Positions 21,714 to 31,687 of a DNA stretch of 64,000 nt are shown here, piece by piece; the first letter of the stretch is position 1, and every line of letters starts with the position of its first letter. The translations under genes were made by a program, and so were the position numbers. The stretch comes from an uncultured Chloroflexia bacterium (lineage in GTDB: Bacteria; Chloroflexota; Limnocylindria; Limnocylindrales; CSP1-4), in NCBI GenBank assembly GCA_963788235.1, contig CAWBFV010000004.1, forward strand, positions 89,030 through 153,029. Direction: 5' to 3'. Under the pieces are notes generated by a model. The model made no database searches, was not told the DNA's origin, and was given only the letters and a program-made list of their open reading frames with translations.

Positions 21714-23351
21714 GGGGCTGCAGTCTCGCCGAAGATCCGCCGCATGATCGGGAATCGCCCAAGCTCGGGGTAGGTCTCGAGGATCCGCATGTCGTGGCGG
21801 TTGAGCCCGAGCACCCCGAGCGAGACCACGCCCGTCAGCACGAACGCAACCGCAAACGGCGGATGTACGAGCAGGTTGACCACGAGCAGCCCGAGCGCTG
21901 CGACGATGATCGACACATATGCCCGCAGGTAGCGGCGATCGAACGCGGCGACGGTGGTGCGCGTTCGCAGGCCCCACTGGTACAGGATGTTCTGGACCAC
22001 CAGCGTCGCGGTCGTGCCGATCGCGGCGCCGAGCGCGCCGAACTGCGGGATGAGCGCCAGGCTCACCAGGATGCTGAACACCGCCGTGCCCAGGTCGGTC
22101 GTGACCATGTAGCGGACCCGACCGAACACGCGCAGCAGCAGCGAGTTGAAGCCGACCGACCCGTTCGCGTAATAGCCGATCGCCAGGATGCTCAGGACGA
22201 CCCCGGCATTGCGGTATTGGTCACCGAACAGCACCACCGCGAGCTGCTCGCCGAAGGCCACGCACAGGGCGAAGAGTGGGAAGGTCAGGATCGCGATCCA
22301 GACCGCGGTCTGCCAGTAGAGGTCGTCGAGCGCCTGGCGGTCGTCGCGCGCATAGAGGCGCGAGGCCCCGGGCGTGAAGATGAACCGGAAGCTCGTGGCG
22401 ACGAACAGGTTCTGGATCGCCAGCGGCAGCACCGCCCGGAACTCGGCCACCTCCTCGGTGGTCCTGAACACCTCGATCAGGACGACCGTCAGCGAGCCGC
22501 GCAGGACGAAGACGAGATCGGACGCGAGCAAGCGGGATGCTGAACGTGAAGATCTCCCTGGCGGGGAGGTGGAGTGCCTCGCGTCGGAGATGGCGCAGCA
22601 GCCCCTGCTTTGCGAGCAGCCGGAGCAGCACGATCGAATAGATCAGGATCCCGACCGCTGCGGCGATGACGTACCCGAACGCGAGGATCGGCGCGCCGTT
22701 GCTGCTCCAGACGATCGCCACGACGATGCTCAGCTGCAGCACGGGCGCGAAGACGTAGCGCCGGAAGAAGATCGAGCGGGCCGACCCGAACGTGGCGAAG
22801 AGCGCCACGAGCACCGCGTCGAGCGCCTGGAGCGGGGCGAGCACGATCATGATCAGGAGCACGGTCAACGCCAGCGGGTCGTCGAAGAAGCCGGTGAGCA
22901 GGCCCTGGAACGCGAACGTGCCGATCGTGAGCGCGAAGCCGATCGAGACGACGGTCAGCAGGACGACCGCGATCGATCCCCACATCCGGCCGTAGTCGCC
23001 GCGCTCCTGGTAGATCGGCGCGAACCGGCCGATCGTTCGCTCCATGCCGAGCAGGCAGATGGTCGTCCCGATGGCCACGATCGAGAGCGCCAGCGCGAAG
23101 GCGCCGTAGTCGGTCTTCGTGAGATGGCGGACGATCAGGACCTGGGAGACGAAATCCAGGCCCAGCCCGAGCATCCGACCGACCAGGAGCAGGCTCGAGC
23201 CGCGGATCTGCTTGATGTTCGCCGCGCGCCCTTCCTCCGGGGAGGGCGCGGCGCCCTGATCGCGAGCGACGGCATCGGCGATCGGTTCGCCCTCGAGTCG
23301 CTCCAGGGTCTCATCACTCGACGACACGCACCCCTCCGTCGACGTCCCCAT
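21710..23351 (-). pseudogene. Polysaccharide flippase (Wzx / MOP superfamily), one frame shift as sequenced
   Basis: ORF 22221..23519 (from ATG 23351) and ORF 21710..22531 are collinear multi-TM halves. Junction EIFTFSIP | LLASDLVFVL lies at ~22530 and is explained by one extra base. Confidence 0.7.
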
Positions 23352-23545
23352 CGGCCACTCGGTCGTCCGTTCACCCGTCGGACCGGTCGTCCGGCCGCTG
23401 GGTCGATCCGGAGCGGCCACGACGATACCCGAAGGGCGTGGTCCACGCGTGCGGCGGTGCCCTTGCCGAGATCCTTGCCAGAACGACGTCCCGTGGCCCG
23501 CGACGATGCGCCGAGGCAACCGGGGCCGTGCGCCATCCTTCCGGC

Positions 23546-24721
23546 GTGGACCTCACGTTGACGCCCGGCCAGCTGGAGCTCCAGGACCGGGCGCGTCGGT
23601 TCGCGCGCGAGGTCCTGCAGCCGCTCGAGATCGAGTTCGAGACGTCGGGTGGCCGCATCGAGCCGGCCGTCGCTCGCGACGTCAAGGCGGCGGCGATCGA
23701 CGCCAACCTGCACGGCGGCAGCTTCCCGAGGGACCTCGGAGGCCAGGGCTGGACGCTCCTCGAGCAGGTGCTGGTGCACGAACAGCTTGGGCAGGTGACG
23801 GGCGGGCTGTGGGGGTTGATCCCGGGTGGCTACAACGCGCTGGTCCACTGCGACGAGGAGCAGCGTCACCGCTACCTCGAGCCGAGCCTGCGTGGCGAGC
23901 GAAACGGCAGCTACGCGATCACCGAAGCGGGTGCCGGTTCGGATGCCCGTGCCCTCGCGGCGACCGCCGAGGAGGACCCCGCGACGGGCGACTACATCCT
24001 CAACGGCGAGAAGTGGTTCGTGACCGGTCCGCCGGACACCGACTTCATGATCTTCCACTGCAACGTGGTCCACGGCGACACGCGCGAGCCCACGCTGTTC
24101 CTGGTCGACTACGACACCCCCGGTCTGACCAAGCAGCACGACCCCGACTACATGCACACGTTCGCCGATCGCCATCCGCAGTTCGTCCTCGACGACGTCC
24201 GTGTCCCGGCGAGCGCGATCCTCGGGGAGGTCGGGGGCGCCGACGAGCTCACCAACGAGTGGTTCGTCGAGGAGCGCGTCCACATCGGGGCTCGCTGCAG
24301 CGGCGCGATGGAGCGGCTGCTGACCGACGCGGTCGCCTGGGCGACCGACCGCCGGCAGTTCGGGGAGCGCATCTTCGACTTCCAGGGGGTGTCGTTCCCA
24401 CTCGCCGACTCGGCCGCCGACGCGGCGGCCGCCCGACTGCTCACCCGTGAGGCGGCGGTCCTCGCCGACACGGGCGCCGATCCCAAGGTCGTCCACGCCA
24501 AGGCGTCACTCGCGAAGCTGTTCGCCTCGGAGGCGGCGTTCCGGTGCGCCGATCGCGTGGTCCAGGTATTCGGCGGGCGCGGCTACATGCGCGAAACCGC
24601 GGCCGAGCGGTTCTTCCGGGAGCTGCGCGTCGACCGGATCTGGGAAGGCACGTCCGAGATCCAGCGGCTGATCATCGCGCGGGCACTCGAGAAGCGCGGC
24701 GTCGGGCGGGTCGTCGGATGA
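23546..24721 (+). CDS. Acyl-CoA dehydrogenase
   Basis: ORF 23438..24721, probable GTG start at 23546. YAITEAGAGSD and the C-terminal GGRGY ... RVDRIWEGTSEIQRLIIAR are typical of ACADs. Confidence 0.85.
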   Translation: MDLTLTPGQLELQDRARRFAREVLQPLEIEFETSGGRIEPAVARDVKAAAIDANLHGGSFPRDLGGQGWTLLEQVLVHEQLGQVTGGLWGLIPGGYNALVHCDEEQRHRYLEPSLRGERNGSYAITEAGAGSDARALAATAEEDPATGDYILNGEKWFVTGPPDTDFMIFHCNVVHGDTREPTLFLVDYDTPGLTKQHDPDYMHTFADRHPQFVLDDVRVPASAILGEVGGADELTNEWFVEERVHIGARCSGAMERLLTDAVAWATDRRQFGERIFDFQGVSFPLADSAADAAAARLLTREAAVLADTGADPKVVHAKASLAKLFASEAAFRCADRVVQVFGGRGYMRETAAERFFRELRVDRIWEGTSEIQRLIIARALEKRGVGRVVG

Positions 24722-26943
24722 CCGAGACCACCTCGACGACGGCGCGGCCGACGACGATCGACCTGCGTCCGGTCTTCGAGCCCCGCTCGATCGCGGTCGT
24801 CGGGGCGTCGACGCGCAGCTGGATCGCCGGCACCGTCCGCGACAACCTGGCCCAGATGGGCAGCCCGACGCGCTGCCATTTCGTGAACCCGAAGTACGAC
24901 GAGCTGCTCGGCCAGCCGTGCTATCCGTCGCTCGATGCGCTCCCCGAGCGCCCGGACATCGCGCTCGTGGCGCTCAACCCGTTGCGAGCCGGGCTCGTGA
25001 CGCAGGCGGCCGCGGACGCGGGCATCCCGGCGGTGATCATCCCCGGGGGCGGCGTGGTCGAAGGTGGCGCGGCCGCGGCCGCGATGCAGGCCGAGGTGGC
25101 CGACATCGCCCGCCGGCACGGCATGGCGCTGGTCGGGCCGAACTGCATGGGCGTCATCGACCTGACCGTCAACTCGGCGACGTACATCGGCGACGTGTCG
25201 CCGTACCTGCCACGGGGCGGTGTGGCGGGCATCGCCCAGTCGGGGTCGGTGACCGATGCCTTCGTCCAGTCGGGCTCGCGCGTCGGCTTCAGCCGGATCA
25301 TCAGCTGCGGGTCGGAGGTCATCCTCGACGTCTGCGACTACCTCGCGTACTGCCTCGACGATCCCGAGACGACATCCGTGATCCTGTTCCTCGAGGGGTT
25401 CCGCCGGCCGGAGCGGTTCCTCGCGCTCGCCGACCGTGCGCTCGAGCTCGGCAAGCCGATCATGGTCGTGAAGGTCGGCCAGAGCGAGCAGGCGCGCGAG
25501 GCCGCGATCGCCCATTCGGGGTCGCTGGCGGGCGAGGCGCGGGTCACGGAAGCGGCCCTCGACGCCGCCGGGGTGATCCGCTGCGCCGACCTGGACGAGC
25601 TCCTCGAGACCGCCGAGCTGGTCGAGGGCGTGCGCCGGACCGGGCGCTCGATCGGCCGCGGGCGGACGGGTGTGGTCACCGTCAGCACGGGCGAGGCCTC
25701 GCTGATCGCCGACCTCGCGCCGTCGGTGGGTCTCGATCTGCCGCCGATCCCGCCGGCTGCCCGAGCACGGATCCTCGAGGCCTTGCCGACGATGGGCTTC
25801 ATCGCCAATCCGCTCGATCCGTGGGGCGCGGCCGATGCCACCACCGCGTATGGAGCGGTATTCGAGGCGATGGCCGAATCGGGCGCGTACGACGTGCTCG
25901 TCCAGGTCCACGATTTCCCGTACAAATCGATGGCGGCGGAGGTCGCGACGGCCGACGAGGTGACCCGCGCACTCCTCGACGCGACGCGGGATCGACCGTG
26001 GCTGCTCCCCGTCTACGTGTCGTTGACATCCGGTGAGCCGCCGCCCGAGACCAAGGCCGTCTTGGACACCGACGGGGGAGGGGCGCCGCTCCTGCGCGGG
26101 GCTCGCGAGGCGTTCACGGCGATCGGTGCGCTGGCACGATGGACGCGCCTTCGCGACCGTCGCGGCGCCGACGGGCCGTGGCGCGCGGGATGGCCGGCGA
26201 TGGCGGCGGATCGGACGGCGTTCGGGCTGGACGCGCAGGCAACCGGCGCTCGGGAGGACCGCCGGGGCACCGTCCGCGCCCTCCCGGAACGTGAGAGCCT
26301 CGACCTGCTTCGTTCCGCCGGGATCGCGGTCACGCCGGCCATCGCAGTGCGCGATGCCGACGCGGCCGTCGAGGCGGCACGCCCGTTGGGTGGCCATGCC
26401 GTGGTCCTGAAGATCGATGCCGTCGATCTGCCGCACAAGAGCGACCTCGGGCTCGTGCGGACGGGCCTGTGCGGCGACGAGGAGGTCCGCGTGGCAGCCA
26501 TGGAGCTGCTGGCGACTGCCACGCGCCATGGGATCGACGCGCGCGGACTGCTCGTGGAGCCGATGGCCGACGCCGGCGTCGAGCTGATCGTCGGGATCCG
26601 CCGCGACCCTTCGTTCGGACCGTGCGTCGTCGTCGGACTCGGTGGTGTCCTGACCGAGGTGCTCGATGACGTGGCGATCCGGCTCGCGCCGGTCACCCCG
26701 GCCGCGGCCGTCGCGATGCTCGACGACCTGCGCGGCGCTCGGGTCCTCGACGGGGTTCGCGGAGCGTCGCCGATCGATCGGCTCGCCGTCGCGTCATTGA
26801 TCGCCGAACTGTCGCGGCTCGCCGTCGAGCGCCACGACCTGCTCGAGGTCGATCTCAACCCGGTCATCGCATCGAGCGACGGGGCAGTGGCCGTCGACGC
26901 GCTGGTCGTGCTCGCCGGTCCGCCCGCCACCGGGGCCGCCTGA
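24718..26943 (+). CDS. ADP-forming acyl/acetyl-CoA synthetase (CoA-binding + ligase-CoA + ATP-grasp domains)
   Basis: ATG 24718 overlaps the ACAD stop (ATGA). PRSIAVVGAS CoA-binding start, GPNCMGV, and a C-terminal ATP-grasp_5-like region. Confidence 0.75.
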   Translation: MTETTSTTARPTTIDLRPVFEPRSIAVVGASTRSWIAGTVRDNLAQMGSPTRCHFVNPKYDELLGQPCYPSLDALPERPDIALVALNPLRAGLVTQAAADAGIPAVIIPGGGVVEGGAAAAAMQAEVADIARRHGMALVGPNCMGVIDLTVNSATYIGDVSPYLPRGGVAGIAQSGSVTDAFVQSGSRVGFSRIISCGSEVILDVCDYLAYCLDDPETTSVILFLEGFRRPERFLALADRALELGKPIMVVKVGQSEQAREAAIAHSGSLAGEARVTEAALDAAGVIRCADLDELLETAELVEGVRRTGRSIGRGRTGVVTVSTGEASLIADLAPSVGLDLPPIPPAARARILEALPTMGFIANPLDPWGAADATTAYGAVFEAMAESGAYDVLVQVHDFPYKSMAAEVATADEVTRALLDATRDRPWLLPVYVSLTSGEPPPETKAVLDTDGGGAPLLRGAREAFTAIGALARWTRLRDRRGADGPWRAGWPAMAADRTAFGLDAQATGAREDRRGTVRALPERESLDLLRSAGIAVTPAIAVRDADAAVEAARPLGGHAVVLKIDAVDLPHKSDLGLVRTGLCGDEEVRVAAMELLATATRHGIDARGLLVEPMADAGVELIVGIRRDPSFGPCVVVGLGGVLTEVLDDVAIRLAPVTPAAAVAMLDDLRGARVLDGVRGASPIDRLAVASLIAELSRLAVERHDLLEVDLNPVIASSDGAVAVDALVVLAGPPATGAA

Positions 26944-27800
26944 TGGCGGGCGCGGCCTCGGCCGACGAACCGGTCCTGCGGACGGAGCGCAGGCCTTGGG
27001 GCGTCCGCATCATCATGGATCGACCGGCGAAGCTGAACGCCCTCGACAGCCGGCTCGTGGCGGCGTTGATCGCGGCCCTCGATGCCGCCGAAGCGGACGA
27101 CGAGGTCCGGGTGATCGCCCTGTCCGGAGCGGGTCGTGCGTTCTGCGCCGGCTACGACCTGACCGAGGAGGCGGAGTCGTCGATCGGTGGGCCCGTCGTC
27201 TGGCGCGAGCTGCTGGCCGCCGACGTCGCGATGACGCTGCGGTTCCTCGACTCGCCAAAGCCCGTGATCGCGCAGATCCACGGCTACGCGCTGGCCGGCG
27301 GGCTCGAGCTGGCGATGGCCTGCGACCTCGTCGTGGCGGCCGAGGGCACGATGGTCGGGGAACCCGAGATCCGCTACGGGTCGGCGCCGGTGACGCTGCT
27401 GATGCCGTATCTCGTCGGGCAGAAGGCGACCCGGGAGCTGCTGCTCACCGGCGACCTGATCGATGCCGAGGAGGCCCGCCGGATCGGCATCGTCAATCGC
27501 GTGGTCCCCGCCGACCGGCTCGACGCCGAAGTGGACGCGCTGGCCGATCGCCTGGCGCGGACCCCGCCCGAGGTGATGGGGCCGACCAAGCGGATGCTCA
27601 ACCGGGCGATGGACGCGGCTGGTTTCCGACTTGCCGTCGAAGCCGGCCTCGACCTCGGCGCGATCATCAACGCCGCCGACACGCCCGAACAGCGCGAATG
27701 GGACGCGATCGTCAAGCGGGACGGGCTCAAGGCGGCCCTGGCCTGGCGGGATGCGCGGTACGACGAGCGCCTGGCCGAGCGAGGTAAGCGGACCAAGTAG
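26943..27800 (+). CDS. Enoyl-CoA hydratase/isomerase (crotonase) family
   Basis: RVIALSGAGRAFCAGYDL, HGYALAGGLELAMACD. Confidence 0.85.
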   Translation: MAGAASADEPVLRTERRPWGVRIIMDRPAKLNALDSRLVAALIAALDAAEADDEVRVIALSGAGRAFCAGYDLTEEAESSIGGPVVWRELLAADVAMTLRFLDSPKPVIAQIHGYALAGGLELAMACDLVVAAEGTMVGEPEIRYGSAPVTLLMPYLVGQKATRELLLTGDLIDAEEARRIGIVNRVVPADRLDAEVDALADRLARTPPEVMGPTKRMLNRAMDAAGFRLAVEAGLDLGAIINAADTPEQREWDAIVKRDGLKAALAWRDARYDERLAERGKRTK

Positions 27801-27824
27801 GGCCGGGCGCTGGAACTGCGCGTC

Positions 27825-27867
27825 GCGTGACGTCCACCCGTAAGGGGGGTCCGAGCGGACGTCACGC
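27825..27867. terminator. Bidirectional hairpin between convergent genes
   Basis: GCGTGACGTCC ... GGACGTCACGC perfect 11-bp stem, with an inner ACCC/GGGT stem. Lies between stops 27800 (+) and 27889 (-). Confidence 0.45.
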
Positions 27868-27888
27868 CGACGCATGGGGATAGCTACA

Positions 27889-29733
27889 TCAGCTGGGGTT
27901 CAGCACGTACAGGTTGTCGATCGCGACGGTCGGGTGACCGCGGGTCCCCAACGCCTTGATGGTGATGGTGTGCGAGCCGTCGGCGAGGTTCCGCGCGAAC
28001 AGCACGCGTCTCGCCTGGAATGTGGATCGATAGGTGTTGATGGTCGCGACGTAGGCGCCGTCGATGTAGACCTTCGCCCCTCCGCGAGTCGGTCCCACTG
28101 GGCCGACCCAGGCGACGCTCGATCCCGAGAAGCCCATCGTGGTGGTCGGCCCGTTCCGGTTCGTCGAGTGGAGGTACCCGCTGAGATAGCTCGAGCTCGA
28201 CACCCTCGACCACGTGCCGCTCCAATGCATCAGCGAGGATCCGTCGGAGATCGATGACGCGCGGGTCGTGGAGGAGTAGGCCCACGCGCCGACCCGTCCG
28301 GAGCGATCGACCGCGCGAACGCGGAATCGATCGTAGGTCGATGCGCGCAACGTCGCGCGGAACGAGGTCGCTGTCGAGGACGACAGCCGGCGCGTGAAGA
28401 ACGACCCGGAGCCGACCTGCAGCTGCAGGTCATATCGTCGGACCCCGTTCAGGCTCGACTTGAGGCTCCACGACACGTAGACCGGCACACCGGAGCTCGG
28501 TACGCCGGACGTCGTCGTCAGGCGGATGCTCGGGGCGTTCACGACCGGCGGGTCGCCAGGCGGTGGCGGGGAGGAGGATCCGCCACCGCTGCTGGCGCCG
28601 CTGCCGTACAGCCAGTCCGTGAAGCCGATCGCTCGGCCCGCGCCGGCGCTCGCTGTCGGGATGTTGGTGCCGTACCGAAGGTTCAGGAGCCACGGCATCT
28701 GCCGGGAGGCCTTGGTCCGATTCCAGCCGGTGCCGCCGCTCGCGGCTGACCGGGTGACGACGCCGGCCATCCGCTTGAGCGCGTCGTTCGACCAGTTCCA
28801 CGCGTCGCTGTACCCGTTCTGGTAGAGCAGCTCCACCTGCAGGCCGAGGCCCTGGATCGAGTCCAGCTGATACGCGATGCCGGTGCTGCCGGGAGGCCAT
28901 TGGAGGGCCCCGCCGCGACTGATGTCCGCCACCACGGCCCCGTCGACGTTGACTCCCCTCCGCTCGCATGCCGGGTTGACCGGCGTGTATGTCGACGCGC
29001 TGCCGGTGCAGCTCCACGAGATCGCCGAGGACGAGATGTTGGTCTCGAACCCGGCGTACGCGGCGCGGTCGCCGAGGAAACCACGCGTGATGCGCGAGGC
29101 CTGCGAGAGGTCGCTGGTATCGCCGAGGTACAGGCTCGCCGCGATCCGCGCCGCACCGGCATACGCGCCCCAGTTGTTCGCGGAATCGTGCTGGGTGCGC
29201 TCGAGCGAGTTCCAGATCGAATGGCCACCGATGACCTTGGTTCGGATCGCCGACAGCCAGCTCCGGAACGTCGTGTCGTTGCTGCCCGAGAGACCGGCGA
29301 AGTCGGCGGCGAGGACATACGCGGCCAGCTGACGACCGAGCGCGAGCGTCGCGTTGTTGCAGCCGACACGCTGCGTCCCGATCGCTGCCATCACCCCGGA
29401 TCGAGCCTTGGTCCCGAACCGCGCATCGCCGGTTCGCGCGTAGACGAGCGCGGCAGCGAGCGTGCGCAGGTGGTGATCGTTGTCCTGGTCGCAGAGGTTC
29501 GGGGTCCCGTCGGCACCGGCAGCCAATTCGCGCATGTTCGTCCACGCGGTCCCGCTGACCGGGCGGGCCATGAGCGCCGAGCGCGACATCAGGAGGTAGT
29601 CGGTCGCTGCGTCAGCGCGGGCGGGAACGAGCGCGATCGGAAGGGCGAGGGCGGTGGCCACGAGCAGGGCCACGAGACGGGTCCTGGGGGAGGCGTGAGA
29701 CGTCCACTGGACGCCGGTTCCAACCGGCCGCAT
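27889..29733 (-). CDS. Secreted alginate-lyase-fold (PF05426-like) protein with C-terminal FN3-like and beta-sandwich domains (paralog 1)
   Basis: ATG 29733 after an AGGAG RBS. Signal peptide ... ALVPARADA. Conserved blocks DYLLMSRSAL, ALVYARTGD, ATLALGRQLAAYVLAADF, HDSANNWGAYAGAARIAASLYLGD, IGFTDWLYG. The C-terminal WSGTWSRVSSSSYL ... AKVYIDG module resembles a carbohydrate-binding module. Confidence 0.6.
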   Translation of the reverse strand: MRPVGTGVQWTSHASPRTRLVALLVATALALPIALVPARADAATDYLLMSRSALMARPVSGTAWTNMRELAAGADGTPNLCDQDNDHHLRTLAAALVYARTGDARFGTKARSGVMAAIGTQRVGCNNATLALGRQLAAYVLAADFAGLSGSNDTTFRSWLSAIRTKVIGGHSIWNSLERTQHDSANNWGAYAGAARIAASLYLGDTSDLSQASRITRGFLGDRAAYAGFETNISSSAISWSCTGSASTYTPVNPACERRGVNVDGAVVADISRGGALQWPPGSTGIAYQLDSIQGLGLQVELLYQNGYSDAWNWSNDALKRMAGVVTRSAASGGTGWNRTKASRQMPWLLNLRYGTNIPTASAGAGRAIGFTDWLYGSGASSGGGSSSPPPPGDPPVVNAPSIRLTTTSGVPSSGVPVYVSWSLKSSLNGVRRYDLQLQVGSGSFFTRRLSSSTATSFRATLRASTYDRFRVRAVDRSGRVGAWAYSSTTRASSISDGSSLMHWSGTWSRVSSSSYLSGYLHSTNRNGPTTTMGFSGSSVAWVGPVGPTRGGAKVYIDGAYVATINTYRSTFQARRVLFARNLADGSHTITIKALGTRGHPTVAIDNLYVLNPS

Positions 29734-29955
29734 GTCGCTCCTTTCTACCTGGACGCCGCATGACGAATGCGACGAACGAAAGGTGACCCCCTTCGACGGG
29801 CGAACGGGCGTGACAGTAGGGTCGCGTGACGGCCGCGGTGAGCGCGGGTGGGGACCATCCCCGGACGACCCTGGGTTGCGTAGTTTGCGCCCTTTGCGCC
29901 TCGATGTCACGCCTGTTTCGGACGTTGCCCGCAGGACCCGTAGACTGCACCGTCG

Positions 29956-31239
29956 ATGTCGATCCCAGAGACACCACCGACACCCGCGATCCCGCCGACG
30001 CCCGCGACATCACGCCGCCGCACCGGGCGCTGGCTCGCCCTCGCGGCGGTGCTCGGCGCGGTGGTCGGCGTCGGCCTTGCCCTGCGTCCTGCGGCGCCGG
30101 TGCCGTCTCCCTCTCCGTCCCCGTCGAGCGCCGCCGTGCCGACGCCGTCGGGCTCCGGTGGCGCACCGGCTTCCCCAACGCCCAGCGCCGCACCCACGGT
30201 GCCCGCGAGCCCGACGTTGTCGCCCCCACCGCCGCGAGCACCGGGCGATTACCTCCTCCTGACGCGCGCCGAGCTGATGGCCCTGCCGACCAGCGGACCG
30301 GCCTGGGACGCGCTGCTGGGCTTCGCCGACGGCGACTACGGGGTGGCCAATCTGTCGGACCAGGACTCCCACCACGACGTCAGCACGTTCGGGGCGGCGC
30401 TGGTCTACGCGCGCACCGGGAATGCCACCTATCGAGAGCGAGCACGCGACGGGGTCATGGCCGCGATCGGCACCGAACGCGAGGGCGCGACCAATTCGAT
30501 CCTTGCCCTTGGTCGCCAGCTCGGCGCCTACGTCCTCGCGGCCGACCTGATCGACCTGTCGGGTGACGACGATGCGCGGTTCCGGGAGTGGCTGACCGAC
30601 ATCCGGACGCGAACGCTCGGCGGGCACGGCCGCTGGGTCAGCCTGATCGGCACCCACGAGGACTCCGCCAACAACTGGGGGGCCTTCGCGGGGGCCTCGC
30701 GCATCGCCGCGGGGCTCTACCTCGGCGATACCGCCGACGTCGCCAAGGCCGCCCAGGTCCTCCGCGGCTTCCTGGGCGACAAGGCCGCGTGGGACCGCTT
30801 CCAGCCGGTCGAGGGCAGCGCCTCGTGGGCCTGCGAGCCCAAGTCGTACGTGCCGTTGAACCCGCCATGCGTCCGCGACGGGATCGACCTCGACGGCGCG
30901 ATCGTGCGCGACATCGACCGCGGCGGGAATCGCAAATGGCCGCCCGGACGGGATGGCGTCGCCTATACGCTCGAGGCGCTCCAGGGGCTGTCCGTCCAGG
31001 CGGAGCTGCTCACCGAGAACGGCTGGGGCGACGCCTGGCATTGGTCGGATGACGCGCTCCGCCGCGCCGCGGATCTCGTCACGAGATCGGGCTCGGCCGG
31101 GGGTCGGACCTGGAACCGCTCCGAGGTCAGCTACCACCTGCCCTGGCTGTTCAACGCCCGCTACGGCCTCGACCTCCCGACCCGACCGGCGGGCCAGGGC
31201 CGGATCTTCGGCTATACGGACTGGCTGTACGGCGGCTGA
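29956..31239 (+). CDS. Secreted/anchored alginate-lyase-fold protein (paralog 2)
   Basis: ORF 29956..31239. N-terminal TM segment plus Pro/Ser linker. Same conserved blocks: DYLLLTRAEL, ALVYARTGN, ILALGRQLGAYVLAADL, EDSANNWGAFAGASRIAAGLYLGD, FGYTDWLYGG. Confidence 0.6.
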   Translation: MSIPETPPTPAIPPTPATSRRRTGRWLALAAVLGAVVGVGLALRPAAPVPSPSPSPSSAAVPTPSGSGGAPASPTPSAAPTVPASPTLSPPPPRAPGDYLLLTRAELMALPTSGPAWDALLGFADGDYGVANLSDQDSHHDVSTFGAALVYARTGNATYRERARDGVMAAIGTEREGATNSILALGRQLGAYVLAADLIDLSGDDDARFREWLTDIRTRTLGGHGRWVSLIGTHEDSANNWGAFAGASRIAAGLYLGDTADVAKAAQVLRGFLGDKAAWDRFQPVEGSASWACEPKSYVPLNPPCVRDGIDLDGAIVRDIDRGGNRKWPPGRDGVAYTLEALQGLSVQAELLTENGWGDAWHWSDDALRRAADLVTRSGSAGGRTWNRSEVSYHLPWLFNARYGLDLPTRPAGQGRIFGYTDWLYGG

Positions 31240-31514
31240 TCGGTACGGAAGGGCCGGTCGGTAGGGTGGGGTCCGCTGCGGTCCTGACCTGATCGGCCGT
31301 GGCGCCGACGCACCACTCGGACTCGATCCCCGGCCGCCGCTCGGCGCCCAGCGGGACCATCGACCGATTGCCCTCGTTCGACCCAACCCCCAAGGTAGTC
31401 CAGACCAAGGATGCGGTGGATCTGCCCCCCAGCGGGACGATCCGTCTCGACCATCGGCGCCGCACGAACGCCGCGGCCGCCCCCGTCACCGTCAGCACCC
31501 CCACTGACAGGACC

Positions 31515-31605
31515 GCCGAAAACCGAACAGGCAAACCCGTCGCGAGGCGGGGACGCAAAACCACGGGCCTGGATCCCCAGGTAGCCGGGTTGCCGAAGTC
31601 GCATC
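31515..31605 (+). promoter_or_regulatory. c-di-GMP-I (GEMM-I) riboswitch aptamer
   Basis: ACAGGCAAACC-CGUC-GCGA-GGCG-GGGACGCAAAACC-ACGGGCCUGG..CCAGGUAGCCGGGUUGCCGAAG (core 31527-31598). It reproduces in order the invariant GEMM-I blocks, including a GNRA-capped hairpin. Located ~90 nt upstream of GTG 31688. Confidence 0.8.
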
Positions 31606-31687
31606 GCGCGGCCGGTCGCCTCCGCCATGCGACCGCGCGGTCTTCCGACGCTGTCCCGGCTGCGAACCAGCCGACAGGGAGGTCGTC

